The notes below the pieces were generated by a model. It worked only from the letters and a program-made list of their open reading frames with translations. It made no database searches and was not told where the DNA came from. 64,000 nt of DNA from Acidobacteriota bacterium (GTDB lineage Bacteria > Acidobacteriota > Holophagae > Thermotomaculales > Thermotomaculaceae): NCBI GenBank assembly GCA_013152385.1, contig JAADGL010000016.1, forward strand, positions 47,694 to 111,693, written 5' to 3'. The first letter of the stretch is position 1; each line of letters begins with the position of its first letter. Below, one piece after another: positions 54,351 to 62,593 of the stretch. The translations under genes were made by a program, and so were the position numbers.

Positions 54351-55217
54351 ATGAAGGGAATTATACTGGCCGGAGGTGCCGGAACAAGGCTGTATCCCGC
54401 CACCCGGATGATCTGTAAGCAGTTGTTGCCGATTTACGATAAGCCCATGATTTACTACCCCCTTTCAACACTTATGCTGGCGGGAATCCGGGAAGTGCTG
54501 ATTATTTCCACGTCAACGGATTTACCCCGCTTTCAGGCACTGTTTGGCGACGGCAGCCAGCTGGGCATGTCTTTTCAATACGCGGTTCAGGACAAACCGA
54601 AAGGAATTGCCGATGCATTCAGAATTGGTTCGGATTTTATTGGGAATGCGTACGTAACCCTTGCTCTCGGTGACAACGTGTTTTATGGACACGGGTTGCC
54701 GGACTTGCTGATGGATGCAGCAAAAAAACGTGTAGGTGCCACTGTGTTCGGGTACCGTGTTCACTATCCTGAAAATTACGGTGTAATTACAATGGACAGT
54801 AAGGGAAACGTGACCGGCTTGGAAGAAAAACCGGCAAGCCCCAAATCAAATATTGCTGTTGTCGGACTCTATGTGTATGACAATCAGGTACTGGAAATTG
54901 CGAAAAACCTGAAGCCTTCCGCCAGAGGCGAGCTTGAAATTACCGATGTAAACCGTGTGTACCTTGAGCGGGGGCAGCTTCACGTCCGACTCATGGGCCG
55001 GGGCTATGCCTGGCTGGATACCGGAACCCACCGGGATATGCTGGACGCTTCGGCTTTTATCCGTACCATTGAAGACAGGCAGCACATGAAAATCGCCTGT
55101 GTTGAGGAAATTGCCTGGCAAAACGGCTGGATAGACGATGAGGGACTGGCAAAGCTGGCCAAACCGTTGATGAACAGCGGCTACGGGGTGTATCTCATGG
55201 AAAGGCTCCATGATTGA
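54351..55217 (+). CDS. rfbA: glucose-1-phosphate thymidylyltransferase
   Basis: MKGIILAGGAGTRLYPAT...KQLLPIYDKPMIYYPLSTLMLAGIREVLII is canonical RmlA. Confidence 0.9.
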   Translation: MKGIILAGGAGTRLYPATRMICKQLLPIYDKPMIYYPLSTLMLAGIREVLIISTSTDLPRFQALFGDGSQLGMSFQYAVQDKPKGIADAFRIGSDFIGNAYVTLALGDNVFYGHGLPDLLMDAAKKRVGATVFGYRVHYPENYGVITMDSKGNVTGLEEKPASPKSNIAVVGLYVYDNQVLEIAKNLKPSARGELEITDVNRVYLERGQLHVRLMGRGYAWLDTGTHRDMLDASAFIRTIEDRQHMKIACVEEIAWQNGWIDDEGLAKLAKPLMNSGYGVYLMERLHD

Positions 55218-55404
55218 CACTGCCGTTGCGGCCGGTTTCCGGGAAGAATTGCCGGGCAGTGTGGTTGAAATCGCATGGACATTCGGGTACGGAAGAAAGA
55301 TTCTCACCGAAGAACCGGCCGCACATGGAATTTTTAAGCGATTTGGCGGGGGATCTGTTCCGGAATTGCGGAAAAATTTCAGAATAATAGTTGAAGGAAA
55401 GTGA
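55210..55404 (+). CDS. hypothetical 64-aa ORF filling the rfbA-rfbC gap
   Basis: The ATG overlaps the rfbA stop (ATGATTGA) and its stop lies 1 nt before the rfbC ATG. No recognisable motif. Confidence 0.25.
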   Translation: MIDTAVAAGFREELPGSVVEIAWTFGYGRKILTEEPAAHGIFKRFGGGSVPELRKNFRIIVEGK

Positions 55405-55405
55405 T

Positions 55406-55945
55406 ATGGCTTTTTCTTTTCGACCTCTTGCCATTGAAGATGTACTGCTGATTTTACCGGATGTTTATCCGGACAATCGCGGCTGGTTCAAGGAAGCTTA
55501 TAAACGGGATGAGTTTGCAATGCACGGAATCGGGCCGTTTGTTCAGGACAATGTTTCCTTTTCGGCCTGCGGTGTCCTGCGGGGCCTTCATTTCCAATCG
55601 CCGCCAGAGGCGCAGGGAAAACTGGTCAGCTGTCTCCTCGGTGAGATCCGGGATGTGGCGGTGGATATCCGGAAGGAGTCTCCGACTTTCGGGAAGTGGG
55701 TTGCGGAACACCTTTCGGCCGAAAATCACCGCATGCTCTGGCTCCCTGCCGGTTTTGCCCACGGCTTTGTTGTATTGAGTGAAACCGCGTTGGTGATGTA
55801 CAAAGTAACCGCTCCTTACACGCCGGAGCTGGACAGGGGAATTCGCTGGAATGACCCTGACCTTGCTATCGATTGGCAAATAGAACATCCCGTTATTTCA
55901 TCAAAGGATAAAAATTTACCTTTTTTAAAAGGCGGGCCGGAATGA
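55406..55945 (+). CDS. rfbC: dTDP-4-dehydrorhamnose 3,5-epimerase
   Basis: DNRGWFKEAY, GVLRGLHFQ, LWLPAGFAHGF. Confidence 0.9.
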   Translation: MAFSFRPLAIEDVLLILPDVYPDNRGWFKEAYKRDEFAMHGIGPFVQDNVSFSACGVLRGLHFQSPPEAQGKLVSCLLGEIRDVAVDIRKESPTFGKWVAEHLSAENHRMLWLPAGFAHGFVVLSETALVMYKVTAPYTPELDRGIRWNDPDLAIDWQIEHPVISSKDKNLPFLKGGPE

Positions 55946-55958
55946 TGGAGATTGTAAC

Positions 55959-56882
55959 ATGAAGGAGCAAAAGCACTCCGAATCTTTATTTCCGCCACGC
56001 AAGTCTCCGCAAATCTGGCTCACAGGGGCCGGGGGAATGCTGGGACGGCAGCTTGCCGAAGAACTTGATCATCGCGGTGTGCCCTTCATCGGAACCGATA
56101 TGGAAGTGGATATTACAGATGAAAAAATTGTAATGAATTTCATGGCAAGGCACCGTTTCAATTGGATTATCAACTGTGCTGCGTACACCGCTGTGGACAA
56201 GGCGGAAGATGAACCGGATGCCGCAATGGCTGTTAACGGGGCGGCACCGGAAATCCTCGGAAGCGCCGCCGCTCTGAGGGGTGCCCGGGTATTTCACATT
56301 TCCACCGATTATGTATTCAATGGCAAGTCTGATACGCCTTACACGGAAGTCGATATTCCGGATGCGGTTTCCGTTTACGGGAGAACAAAACTTTCCGGGG
56401 AATCGGCGCTGCTGAAAGCATGTGAAACTGCGGTGGTTGTCAGAATCAGCTGGCTTTATGGGGTTTACGGAAAAAATTTTGTGGAAACAATGCTGAATCT
56501 CATGTCTGAGAAGGAGGAGATCGCGGTGGTTGCGGATCAGCTGGGTGCCCCGACTTATGCCGGGCTGCTGGCGCGGAACATTGCGGCTTTCGTCGGAGGA
56601 GAGGCCCTGCCTGCCGGTATTTACCATTATCAGGATAAAGGCCGGATTTCCTGGTATGGATTTGCAAGGGAAATTCAGCGGATGGGAATCGCATACGGAA
56701 TTTTGACAAAAAAATGCCGTATTATGCCGGTGACGGCGGAAGAATTCAAAACCGCGGCAAAACGTCCGGCATTTTCGGTTTTCAATACCGGAAAAATTCA
56801 AAGGGAGTTGAATTTTTCAGTGAAGGGCTGGAAAGAAAATTTAAAACAGTATTTTGAAGAACGGAAGGATTTGAAAAAATGA
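55959..56882 (+). CDS. rfbD: dTDP-4-dehydrorhamnose reductase
   Basis: LTGAGGMLG, NCAAYTAVDKAE, YGRTKLSGE. About 19-aa N-terminal extension relative to typical RmlD. Confidence 0.85.
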   Translation: MKEQKHSESLFPPRKSPQIWLTGAGGMLGRQLAEELDHRGVPFIGTDMEVDITDEKIVMNFMARHRFNWIINCAAYTAVDKAEDEPDAAMAVNGAAPEILGSAAALRGARVFHISTDYVFNGKSDTPYTEVDIPDAVSVYGRTKLSGESALLKACETAVVVRISWLYGVYGKNFVETMLNLMSEKEEIAVVADQLGAPTYAGLLARNIAAFVGGEALPAGIYHYQDKGRISWYGFAREIQRMGIAYGILTKKCRIMPVTAEEFKTAAKRPAFSVFNTGKIQRELNFSVKGWKENLKQYFEERKDLKK

Positions 56883-57928
56883 AACAAACCGGAACAGTTC
56901 TTGTAACCGGCGGCTGCGGATTTATCGGCTCCAATTTTATCCGGTTTCTGTTTGAAAGAACGGGATTTTCCGGCAATGTGGTCAATCTCGATAAATTGAC
57001 CTATGCCGGCCGGCCGGAAAATGTGGCAGATATTCAGTCGGAATATTGCGATCGGTATCATTTTCTGTGCGGGGACATTGCGGACAGGGCGTTTGTGGAG
57101 AACATCTTCCATAAATTTGAAATTCGGATAGTGGTGCATTTTGCGGCGGAGTCCCACGTGGACCGGTCCATTTCCGGTTCCGCGCCTTTTATGGAAACCA
57201 ACATTCTGGGAACCTGGACACTGCTGGAAGCAGCCAGAATGGCCTGGGGGGACCACGCCGACCCGGAAACCTTCCGGTTTCACCATGTCTCCACCGATGA
57301 AGTTTTCGGACAATTGATGGGGGATGACCCCGGGTTTACGGAAACCACGCCTTATGACCCGAGAAGCCCGTATTCCGCGTCGAAGGCGTCTTCCGACCAC
57401 CTTGTCCGTGCCTGGTATCATACCTACGGCCTGCCGGTGACAATTTCCAACTGCTCCAATAATTACGGGCCGTATCAATTTCCTGAAAAGCTGATTCCTG
57501 TGGTGATTCTGAACGCGCTGAACAAAAAGCCGATTCCCATATACGGAGACGGTAAAAACATCCGGGACTGGCTTTATGTGGAAGACCACTGCGAAGCTAT
57601 TTGCCGGATTCTGGAATCCGGAATCCCGGGAGAGACCTACAACATCGGCGGCAATTGTGAGCTTGCCAACATTGACCTTGTCCACGCGATCTGCGGTATT
57701 ATGGATGAACTGTCTCCTGTTGCCGTCAATTCGGCATTCGGCTCATACAGGGAGCTGATATCTTTTGTGACCGATCGCCCCGGCCATGACCGCCGTTATG
57801 CCATGGATACCGGTAAAATTCAACGTGAATTAAATTGGGAAGCGGTTACCGGGATTGAGGACGGGCTGACCCGGACGGTTGAATGGTATATGAAAAATCA
57901 GAACTGGGTTAACGCTGTCCGCAGCTGA
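56879..57928 (+). CDS. rfbB: dTDP-glucose 4,6-dehydratase
   Basis: VLVTGGCGFIGSNF, HVSTDEVFG, YSASKASSDHLV. Confidence 0.9.
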   Translation: MKQTGTVLVTGGCGFIGSNFIRFLFERTGFSGNVVNLDKLTYAGRPENVADIQSEYCDRYHFLCGDIADRAFVENIFHKFEIRIVVHFAAESHVDRSISGSAPFMETNILGTWTLLEAARMAWGDHADPETFRFHHVSTDEVFGQLMGDDPGFTETTPYDPRSPYSASKASSDHLVRAWYHTYGLPVTISNCSNNYGPYQFPEKLIPVVILNALNKKPIPIYGDGKNIRDWLYVEDHCEAICRILESGIPGETYNIGGNCELANIDLVHAICGIMDELSPVAVNSAFGSYRELISFVTDRPGHDRRYAMDTGKIQRELNWEAVTGIEDGLTRTVEWYMKNQNWVNAVRS

Positions 57929-57960
57929 TTTATTCAGGCTGTTTCGACTGTTACAGGGAT

Positions 57961-57988
57961 TTTACATGATGATGAGGTTTGTTATAAT
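57961..57988 (+). promoter_or_regulatory. candidate sigma70 promoter (TTTACA-16-TATAAT) upstream of the chain-length determinant gene
   Basis: TTTACA at 57961-57966, a 16-nt spacer, TATAAT at 57983-57988. Confidence 0.45.
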
Positions 57989-58026
57989 CAAATTGCAGCC
58001 AACGAATCGAACGGAAAGAGGGGAAA

Positions 58027-59652
58027 ATGGATGAAATGAAAAATGTACCGGCAGTAGAAAATCCGGATGAGATAAATTTAGCCCAACTTCTCATTCCTCT
58101 GGTCAGCCATTGGAAATTTGTCGTGGGAATTCCGGTCATCGGTGCAATTCTCTTTTCTCTGTTGTTCTATTTGTTTGCTCCCCGCAGCTATATGAGTGCA
58201 GCGGACTTTGTTGTCATGGAACCCAGATTTAAAACCGAATTGCAGGAAAGCAGTTCCAATGTGCAATATTACAAAACATTGATTGAATCTCCGGCACTTC
58301 TTGCTTCGGTACAGAAGGAACTGATAAAAAACGGTGTTCTGGGAGCGGATGACCGTCTTGAAATCGGAAAACAGATTCAGGATTTTGTTTTTACCAAGAA
58401 GCGTGCGGAGGATATCACATTGTCACCCATAATCCGGTTGGCGGCATATGGGAATACTCCCGAGGATGCTTTCAGAATTCTGGATACCTGGATACGGCAT
58501 ATTGAAGACACAGTCCGGTTGTTAAATGAAAAAGGAAAAAATGAGGCGATTTCTTTTATCGATCGTGAATTCCCAAAGCAGAAAGTGCAGTATGAGCAGG
58601 CCTCCAAAGAACTGGAAAAAGATAAAGCCTGGTTTTTGAAATCTTTCAATCAATTGGATCAGGAAAGAAAGATGAGATTGGATTCATTTGACGCACAAAC
58701 CGTTCAGATGCTGAATGAATTTGACGCAAAACATCAGCAGATGCGTATAGATCTTAATTTCAGACGTGGACAGTACAGAAGGAAAGTTGAGACAGAGCGT
58801 AAGCAACTGAGAAATCAATTGATATCAAAATTAACACCGGAACTGGTTAAAACGGAATATCAAAAGGTATTAAAAGAATATTCTGATTTTCGTGCTACTT
58901 TAAAAACAATCTCTATAAAAATCGGCTCTGAAAGAGAAATTGTGAAAAGTCTGTTGGAACAGGAAAAGAAAATTCCTCTGGTCCGGCGGTTAAAGAAGAA
59001 AACATTGTTTGTCTCTTCAGTTACGGAAATTCCGAATCCTGATTATGAAAAAGTTCAGGAAAAGATAATTGAACACAAACTGAAATTGAGCACGTTAGAA
59101 GCTGAGAAGAAGAACATTCTGTCTCATTTGGCTCAACTGGATAAACAGTTTACAGATATGAGGAGCAGATTAAATGAAAATGAGAAAGAGATTCATGCTT
59201 TTGATGTGGAAACGGAAAATAAATTAAATACAATTGATGATGAAACGGCCATGAAGTTGAAAACTTTTGATGCAGAGACTTTGCTGGCGCGGAAAAAGCT
59301 TGCGGATAAGCGGGCGCAGAAACGGATGGAACGAGTCAACCACTTCCGGGAGACCGAGCAGATTCTGAAAGGAAAACAAAATGTGGCATTATCGATTGCA
59401 ACAAAACAGCAGGGATATATGGAAAATGTCTATCAAATGCTGGGGCAAAAGTATGAACAGGCCCGCTTGGCCAAAGCTGAAGATGAAGTATCGCTGAAAC
59501 TGGCGACGAAACCGTTTAAGCCGGTCCTGGCCCAGCCCCGGGGTATAATAAAGAAAACTGTAATTACATGGGGGCTGCTTTTGATTCTCTGCGGGGGCTG
59601 GGTATATGGAAGAGAGCTTTTCCTGCGTGTCCGCTTGGAAATGGAGCTGTAA
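58027..59652 (+). CDS. polysaccharide chain-length determinant (Wzz/GumC-type PCP) with a very long coiled-coil, no kinase domain
   Basis: Wzz-type N-terminus (INLAQLLIPLVSHWKFVVGIPVIGAILFSLLFYLF) and a C-terminal TM. About 400 aa of charged heptad-like sequence contains recurring FD(A/V)(Q/E)T motifs. Confidence 0.6.
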   Translation: MDEMKNVPAVENPDEINLAQLLIPLVSHWKFVVGIPVIGAILFSLLFYLFAPRSYMSAADFVVMEPRFKTELQESSSNVQYYKTLIESPALLASVQKELIKNGVLGADDRLEIGKQIQDFVFTKKRAEDITLSPIIRLAAYGNTPEDAFRILDTWIRHIEDTVRLLNEKGKNEAISFIDREFPKQKVQYEQASKELEKDKAWFLKSFNQLDQERKMRLDSFDAQTVQMLNEFDAKHQQMRIDLNFRRGQYRRKVETERKQLRNQLISKLTPELVKTEYQKVLKEYSDFRATLKTISIKIGSEREIVKSLLEQEKKIPLVRRLKKKTLFVSSVTEIPNPDYEKVQEKIIEHKLKLSTLEAEKKNILSHLAQLDKQFTDMRSRLNENEKEIHAFDVETENKLNTIDDETAMKLKTFDAETLLARKKLADKRAQKRMERVNHFRETEQILKGKQNVALSIATKQQGYMENVYQMLGQKYEQARLAKAEDEVSLKLATKPFKPVLAQPRGIIKKTVITWGLLLILCGGWVYGRELFLRVRLEMEL

Positions 59653-59657
59653 GCACC

Positions 59658-61109
59658 GTGGCCGGAGTCAGGGATCAGATCCGGAAATGGCTCGGTATTA
59701 TTCTGTTAATGTTTGCAGATCTTGTCGTTTATGGATTATCACTGGGGCTTGCTCATGCGGCTCGGCTTGCTCTGAATGAAATTGTGGCAGTCCAATTCCG
59801 GACCCCGTTTCACTATTATATTTTCATCTGGTGGATTCCTCTGGTATATCTTGTCATTTACATTTATGAGGGCCTTTATTCCAGACGTTCTCCTTATTGG
59901 GATGAGGTTGGCAGGCTGCTTCGAGCTGATTTTATCGGAACCGGCGCCATTTTCGCGATTCTTACGCTGTTGAAAATGTCTGATCGTTATTCCAGGTTAC
60001 TGTTGTTGTTAATGTGGTTGTTTCTGGTATTTTTACATCCTCTGTTTCGTTTCTGGGGGAAACGGATATTGTTTTCTTTGGGCATCTGGCGGGAAAAAGT
60101 GGCAGTATGGGGTACGGGCCCCCTGGCGGTATCATTGGCAAAAGCCCTGATTTCGGACCGTCATATGGGGTTTGAGCTCATTGGTTTTATTTCTTTTTCT
60201 CCCATTGAGAAGACTGCGGTGCAAATGTCCGGCGGGCACAGTTTTCCGATACTGGGCACATTGGAAAGTGCAATTGATTCCGGGGCGGTTAGCCGCAGCA
60301 CGCGGATTGCTCTTGCCGATGAGGAGATGACATCTGAAAGTGCGTCTGCAAGATTGAATGACATGGTTCGCTACTTTCACAACATTCTGCTTGTTCCGTC
60401 CGCCTTGAAAATACCGGTATTGAATACGGAACCTCTACATCTCTTCCGGGAACAGATGATGGTACTGAAAATCAGGAACAATCTTTTATCTCCATTAAAC
60501 CGCATAATCAAACGGGGGTTCGATCTGGTCTTAACTTTTCTTGTTCTTCCGTTTCTTTTGCCCTTGGGGCTGTTTTTGGCTCTTTTAATTCGTCTCGAAT
60601 CGTCCGGTGAGGTGATTTTCAGCCAGGAAAGAATCGGACATCGGGGGAAGCGGTTCAGGTTATATAAATTTCGTTCCATGTATAGAGATAATGATAGAAT
60701 TTTGAAACAATATCTCGCTGAGAATTCGGAGGCGGAAGTGGAATGGAAGCGGTACAGAAAATTTCGCGGAACAGATCCTCGGGTGACCCGGGTCGGCCGT
60801 TTTCTCAGAAAAGCTTCACTGGATGAATTGCCGCAATTTCTGAATGTGCTGAAAGGAGAAATGAGTCTTGTGGGGCCCCGGCCTTATCTTCCCGGTGAAA
60901 GAGAGGAGATGGGTGCGAAATTTGACATAATTGTGGAGGCGCGGCCGGGAATTTCCGGGCTCTGGCAGGTTTCCGGCCGGAACAATCTGGATTTTACCGA
61001 CCGGCTTCGGCTGGATGAGTGGTATGTTTCCAACTGGACCCTCTGGCTGGATGTGGAAATTCTGGTTAAAACCGTCGGGGTGGTACTGAAGCGGGACGGA
61101 GCGTATTAG
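59658..61109 (+). CDS. polyprenyl-phosphate glycosyl-1-phosphate transferase (WbaP/EpsB-type initiating sugar transferase)
   Basis: N-terminal TM bundle and C-terminal bacterial sugar transferase domain (RPGISGLWQVSGRN, DELPQFLNVLKGEMSLVGPRP). GTG at 59658 just after the wzz stop; the ORF track starts at 59568. Confidence 0.8.
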   Translation: MAGVRDQIRKWLGIILLMFADLVVYGLSLGLAHAARLALNEIVAVQFRTPFHYYIFIWWIPLVYLVIYIYEGLYSRRSPYWDEVGRLLRADFIGTGAIFAILTLLKMSDRYSRLLLLLMWLFLVFLHPLFRFWGKRILFSLGIWREKVAVWGTGPLAVSLAKALISDRHMGFELIGFISFSPIEKTAVQMSGGHSFPILGTLESAIDSGAVSRSTRIALADEEMTSESASARLNDMVRYFHNILLVPSALKIPVLNTEPLHLFREQMMVLKIRNNLLSPLNRIIKRGFDLVLTFLVLPFLLPLGLFLALLIRLESSGEVIFSQERIGHRGKRFRLYKFRSMYRDNDRILKQYLAENSEAEVEWKRYRKFRGTDPRVTRVGRFLRKASLDELPQFLNVLKGEMSLVGPRPYLPGEREEMGAKFDIIVEARPGISGLWQVSGRNNLDFTDRLRLDEWYVSNWTLWLDVEILVKTVGVVLKRDGAY

Positions 61110-61234
61110 ATAAGACATGACGGGAGGAGAGAGGAGGATATAGAGAGTTGCATTTGTTGGAAAATTTTGAAGAGATTTGCAAGAGACTGTTTTCACCAAT
61201 TTGATTTTTGAGGCAGAAGTTTGAGAGGTAAAGA

Positions 61235-62155
61235 ATGAACAAAGAAAAGAAACAGGCCGTTTCCCGTCACTCTCTTGACAGGTTGGACCGGCTGGAAAGC
61301 AGAAGTGTCCATATTTTCAGAGAAGCTTACAGTGAATTTACCAATCTGTGCATGTTGTGGTCCATTGGAAAAGACAGCACCGTTCTTCTATGGCTGGCAC
61401 GGAAAGCTTTTTTCGGCCATGTTCCGTTCCCGCTGGTACATGTGGATACACACTACAAAATTCCGGAGATGATTGAATTTCGGGATAGAGTCGCGAGGGA
61501 GTGGGAACTGGATATGATTTACGGGGAAAACAGAAATGCTCTTGAAAAAAAAGAAACATTTCCGGACGGAAACGCGACCCGGCTGGAATGCTGCCGGAAT
61601 TTGAAAACCCTGGCTTTGCAGAATACCCTCGCCGGAACCTGGCCCCGGTATCGGATGAACCACAGTACCGGGAAATATGAAATAGACAGCAATCGGGAAC
61701 CCTATACCGGAGTCATCGTGGGTGTCCGTGCCGACGAAGAAGGGAGCCGTTCCAAAGAACGTTATTTTTCGCCGCGGGATTCATACAACAACTGGGATGT
61801 GGGGGATCAGCCGCCGGAGCTCTGGAACCAGTTTAAAACAGATTTTGCTCCGGGCACCCATGTCCGGATTCATCCGCTTCTTGATTGGACGGAACTTGAT
61901 ATCTGGGAATACATTGGCCGGGAGAAGATTCCGATTGTGGACCTGTATTTTGACAGGGGAGAAGGCAAACGTTACCGGTCACTGGGGTGTTGGCCCTGCA
62001 CTTCTCCTGTTGAATCCACCGCAAAGAATGTAGCGGAGGTGATTGAAGAGCTGAAAACCGGCAAATTTGCGAACATTGCCGAGCGTGCGGGCCGGGAACA
62101 GGACAAAGAAGACGGAGGCGGACTCGAAGAATTGCGCAAAGACGGATACATGTAA
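61235..62155 (+). CDS. cysD: sulfate adenylyltransferase subunit 2
   Basis: [16 protein letters not shown]...[20 protein letters not shown] (PAPS-reductase fold PP-loop), about 306 aa. Confidence 0.9.
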   Translation: MNKEKKQAVSRHSLDRLDRLESRSVHIFREAYSEFTNLCMLWSIGKDSTVLLWLARKAFFGHVPFPLVHVDTHYKIPEMIEFRDRVAREWELDMIYGENRNALEKKETFPDGNATRLECCRNLKTLALQNTLAGTWPRYRMNHSTGKYEIDSNREPYTGVIVGVRADEEGSRSKERYFSPRDSYNNWDVGDQPPELWNQFKTDFAPGTHVRIHPLLDWTELDIWEYIGREKIPIVDLYFDRGEGKRYRSLGCWPCTSPVESTAKNVAEVIEELKTGKFANIAERAGREQDKEDGGGLEELRKDGYM

Positions 62156-62179
62156 TCGTGCAGAGCACAATTACATGTA
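62147..62179 (+). other. 14-bp stem hairpin spanning the cysD stop codon
   Basis: TACATGTAAT-c-GTGC-aga-GCAC-a-ATTACATGTA: 10 + 4 bp with one C/A mismatch and no T-run after it. Confidence 0.7.
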
Positions 62180-62186
62180 CGTGGAT

Positions 62187-62210
62187 AGTGGAAGGTGAAT
62201 AGTGGATGGT
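62187..62210. repeat. left arm of an imperfect inverted repeat flanking the four-helix-bundle gene
   Basis: AGTGGAAGGTGAATAGTGGATGGT matches the reverse complement of 62636-62659 at 20 of 24 positions (hand count). It is itself built from GTGRATAGTGGA units. Confidence 0.6.
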
Positions 62211-62215
62211 ATAAA

Positions 62216-62593
62216 ATGAGTAAAAGGATTGTAGATTTTAAGGAAATGCGAGTGTGGCAGATGTCGATGGATTTTACTGAAAGCGTTTACAGGTTATCCA
62301 ACGATTTTCCAAAGTCCGAAATTTGTGGATTAACTTCACAAATCAGGAGATGTGCTGTTTCAATTCCTTCCAACATAGCCGAAGGCTTTTCCAGAAAATC
62401 AACAAAGGAGTTTATTCAATTTCTATATGTATCGTTAGGGTCGTGTTCTGAATGTGAAACCCAGCTTATGATTGCAAGGAGAGTTGGTTATTTGGAATCT
62501 GAAAGAGAAATCATGGTCGATTTGATTTCCATCACGAAAATGATTTATTCCTTGATCGCATCACTAAATAAGAGGAAAACTAATGGCAAATAA
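62216..62593 (+). CDS. four-helix-bundle protein (23S rRNA intervening-sequence protein / Avd-like family)
   Basis: [28 protein letters not shown]...[22 protein letters not shown]...[20 protein letters not shown] is the signature of this family. Confidence 0.85.
   Translation: MSKRIVDFKEMRVWQMSMDFTESVYRLSNDFPKSEICGLTSQIRRCAVSIPSNIAEGFSRKSTKEFIQFLYVSLGSCSECETQLMIARRVGYLESEREIMVDLISITKMIYSLIASLNKRKTNGK

Noticed and set aside
62216-62593. Diversity-generating retroelement, because the four-helix-bundle protein resembles Avd.
   Set aside because: The window contains no reverse transcriptase gene and no template/variable repeat pair with adenine-specific differences. The only repeats are the short flanking inverted arms.
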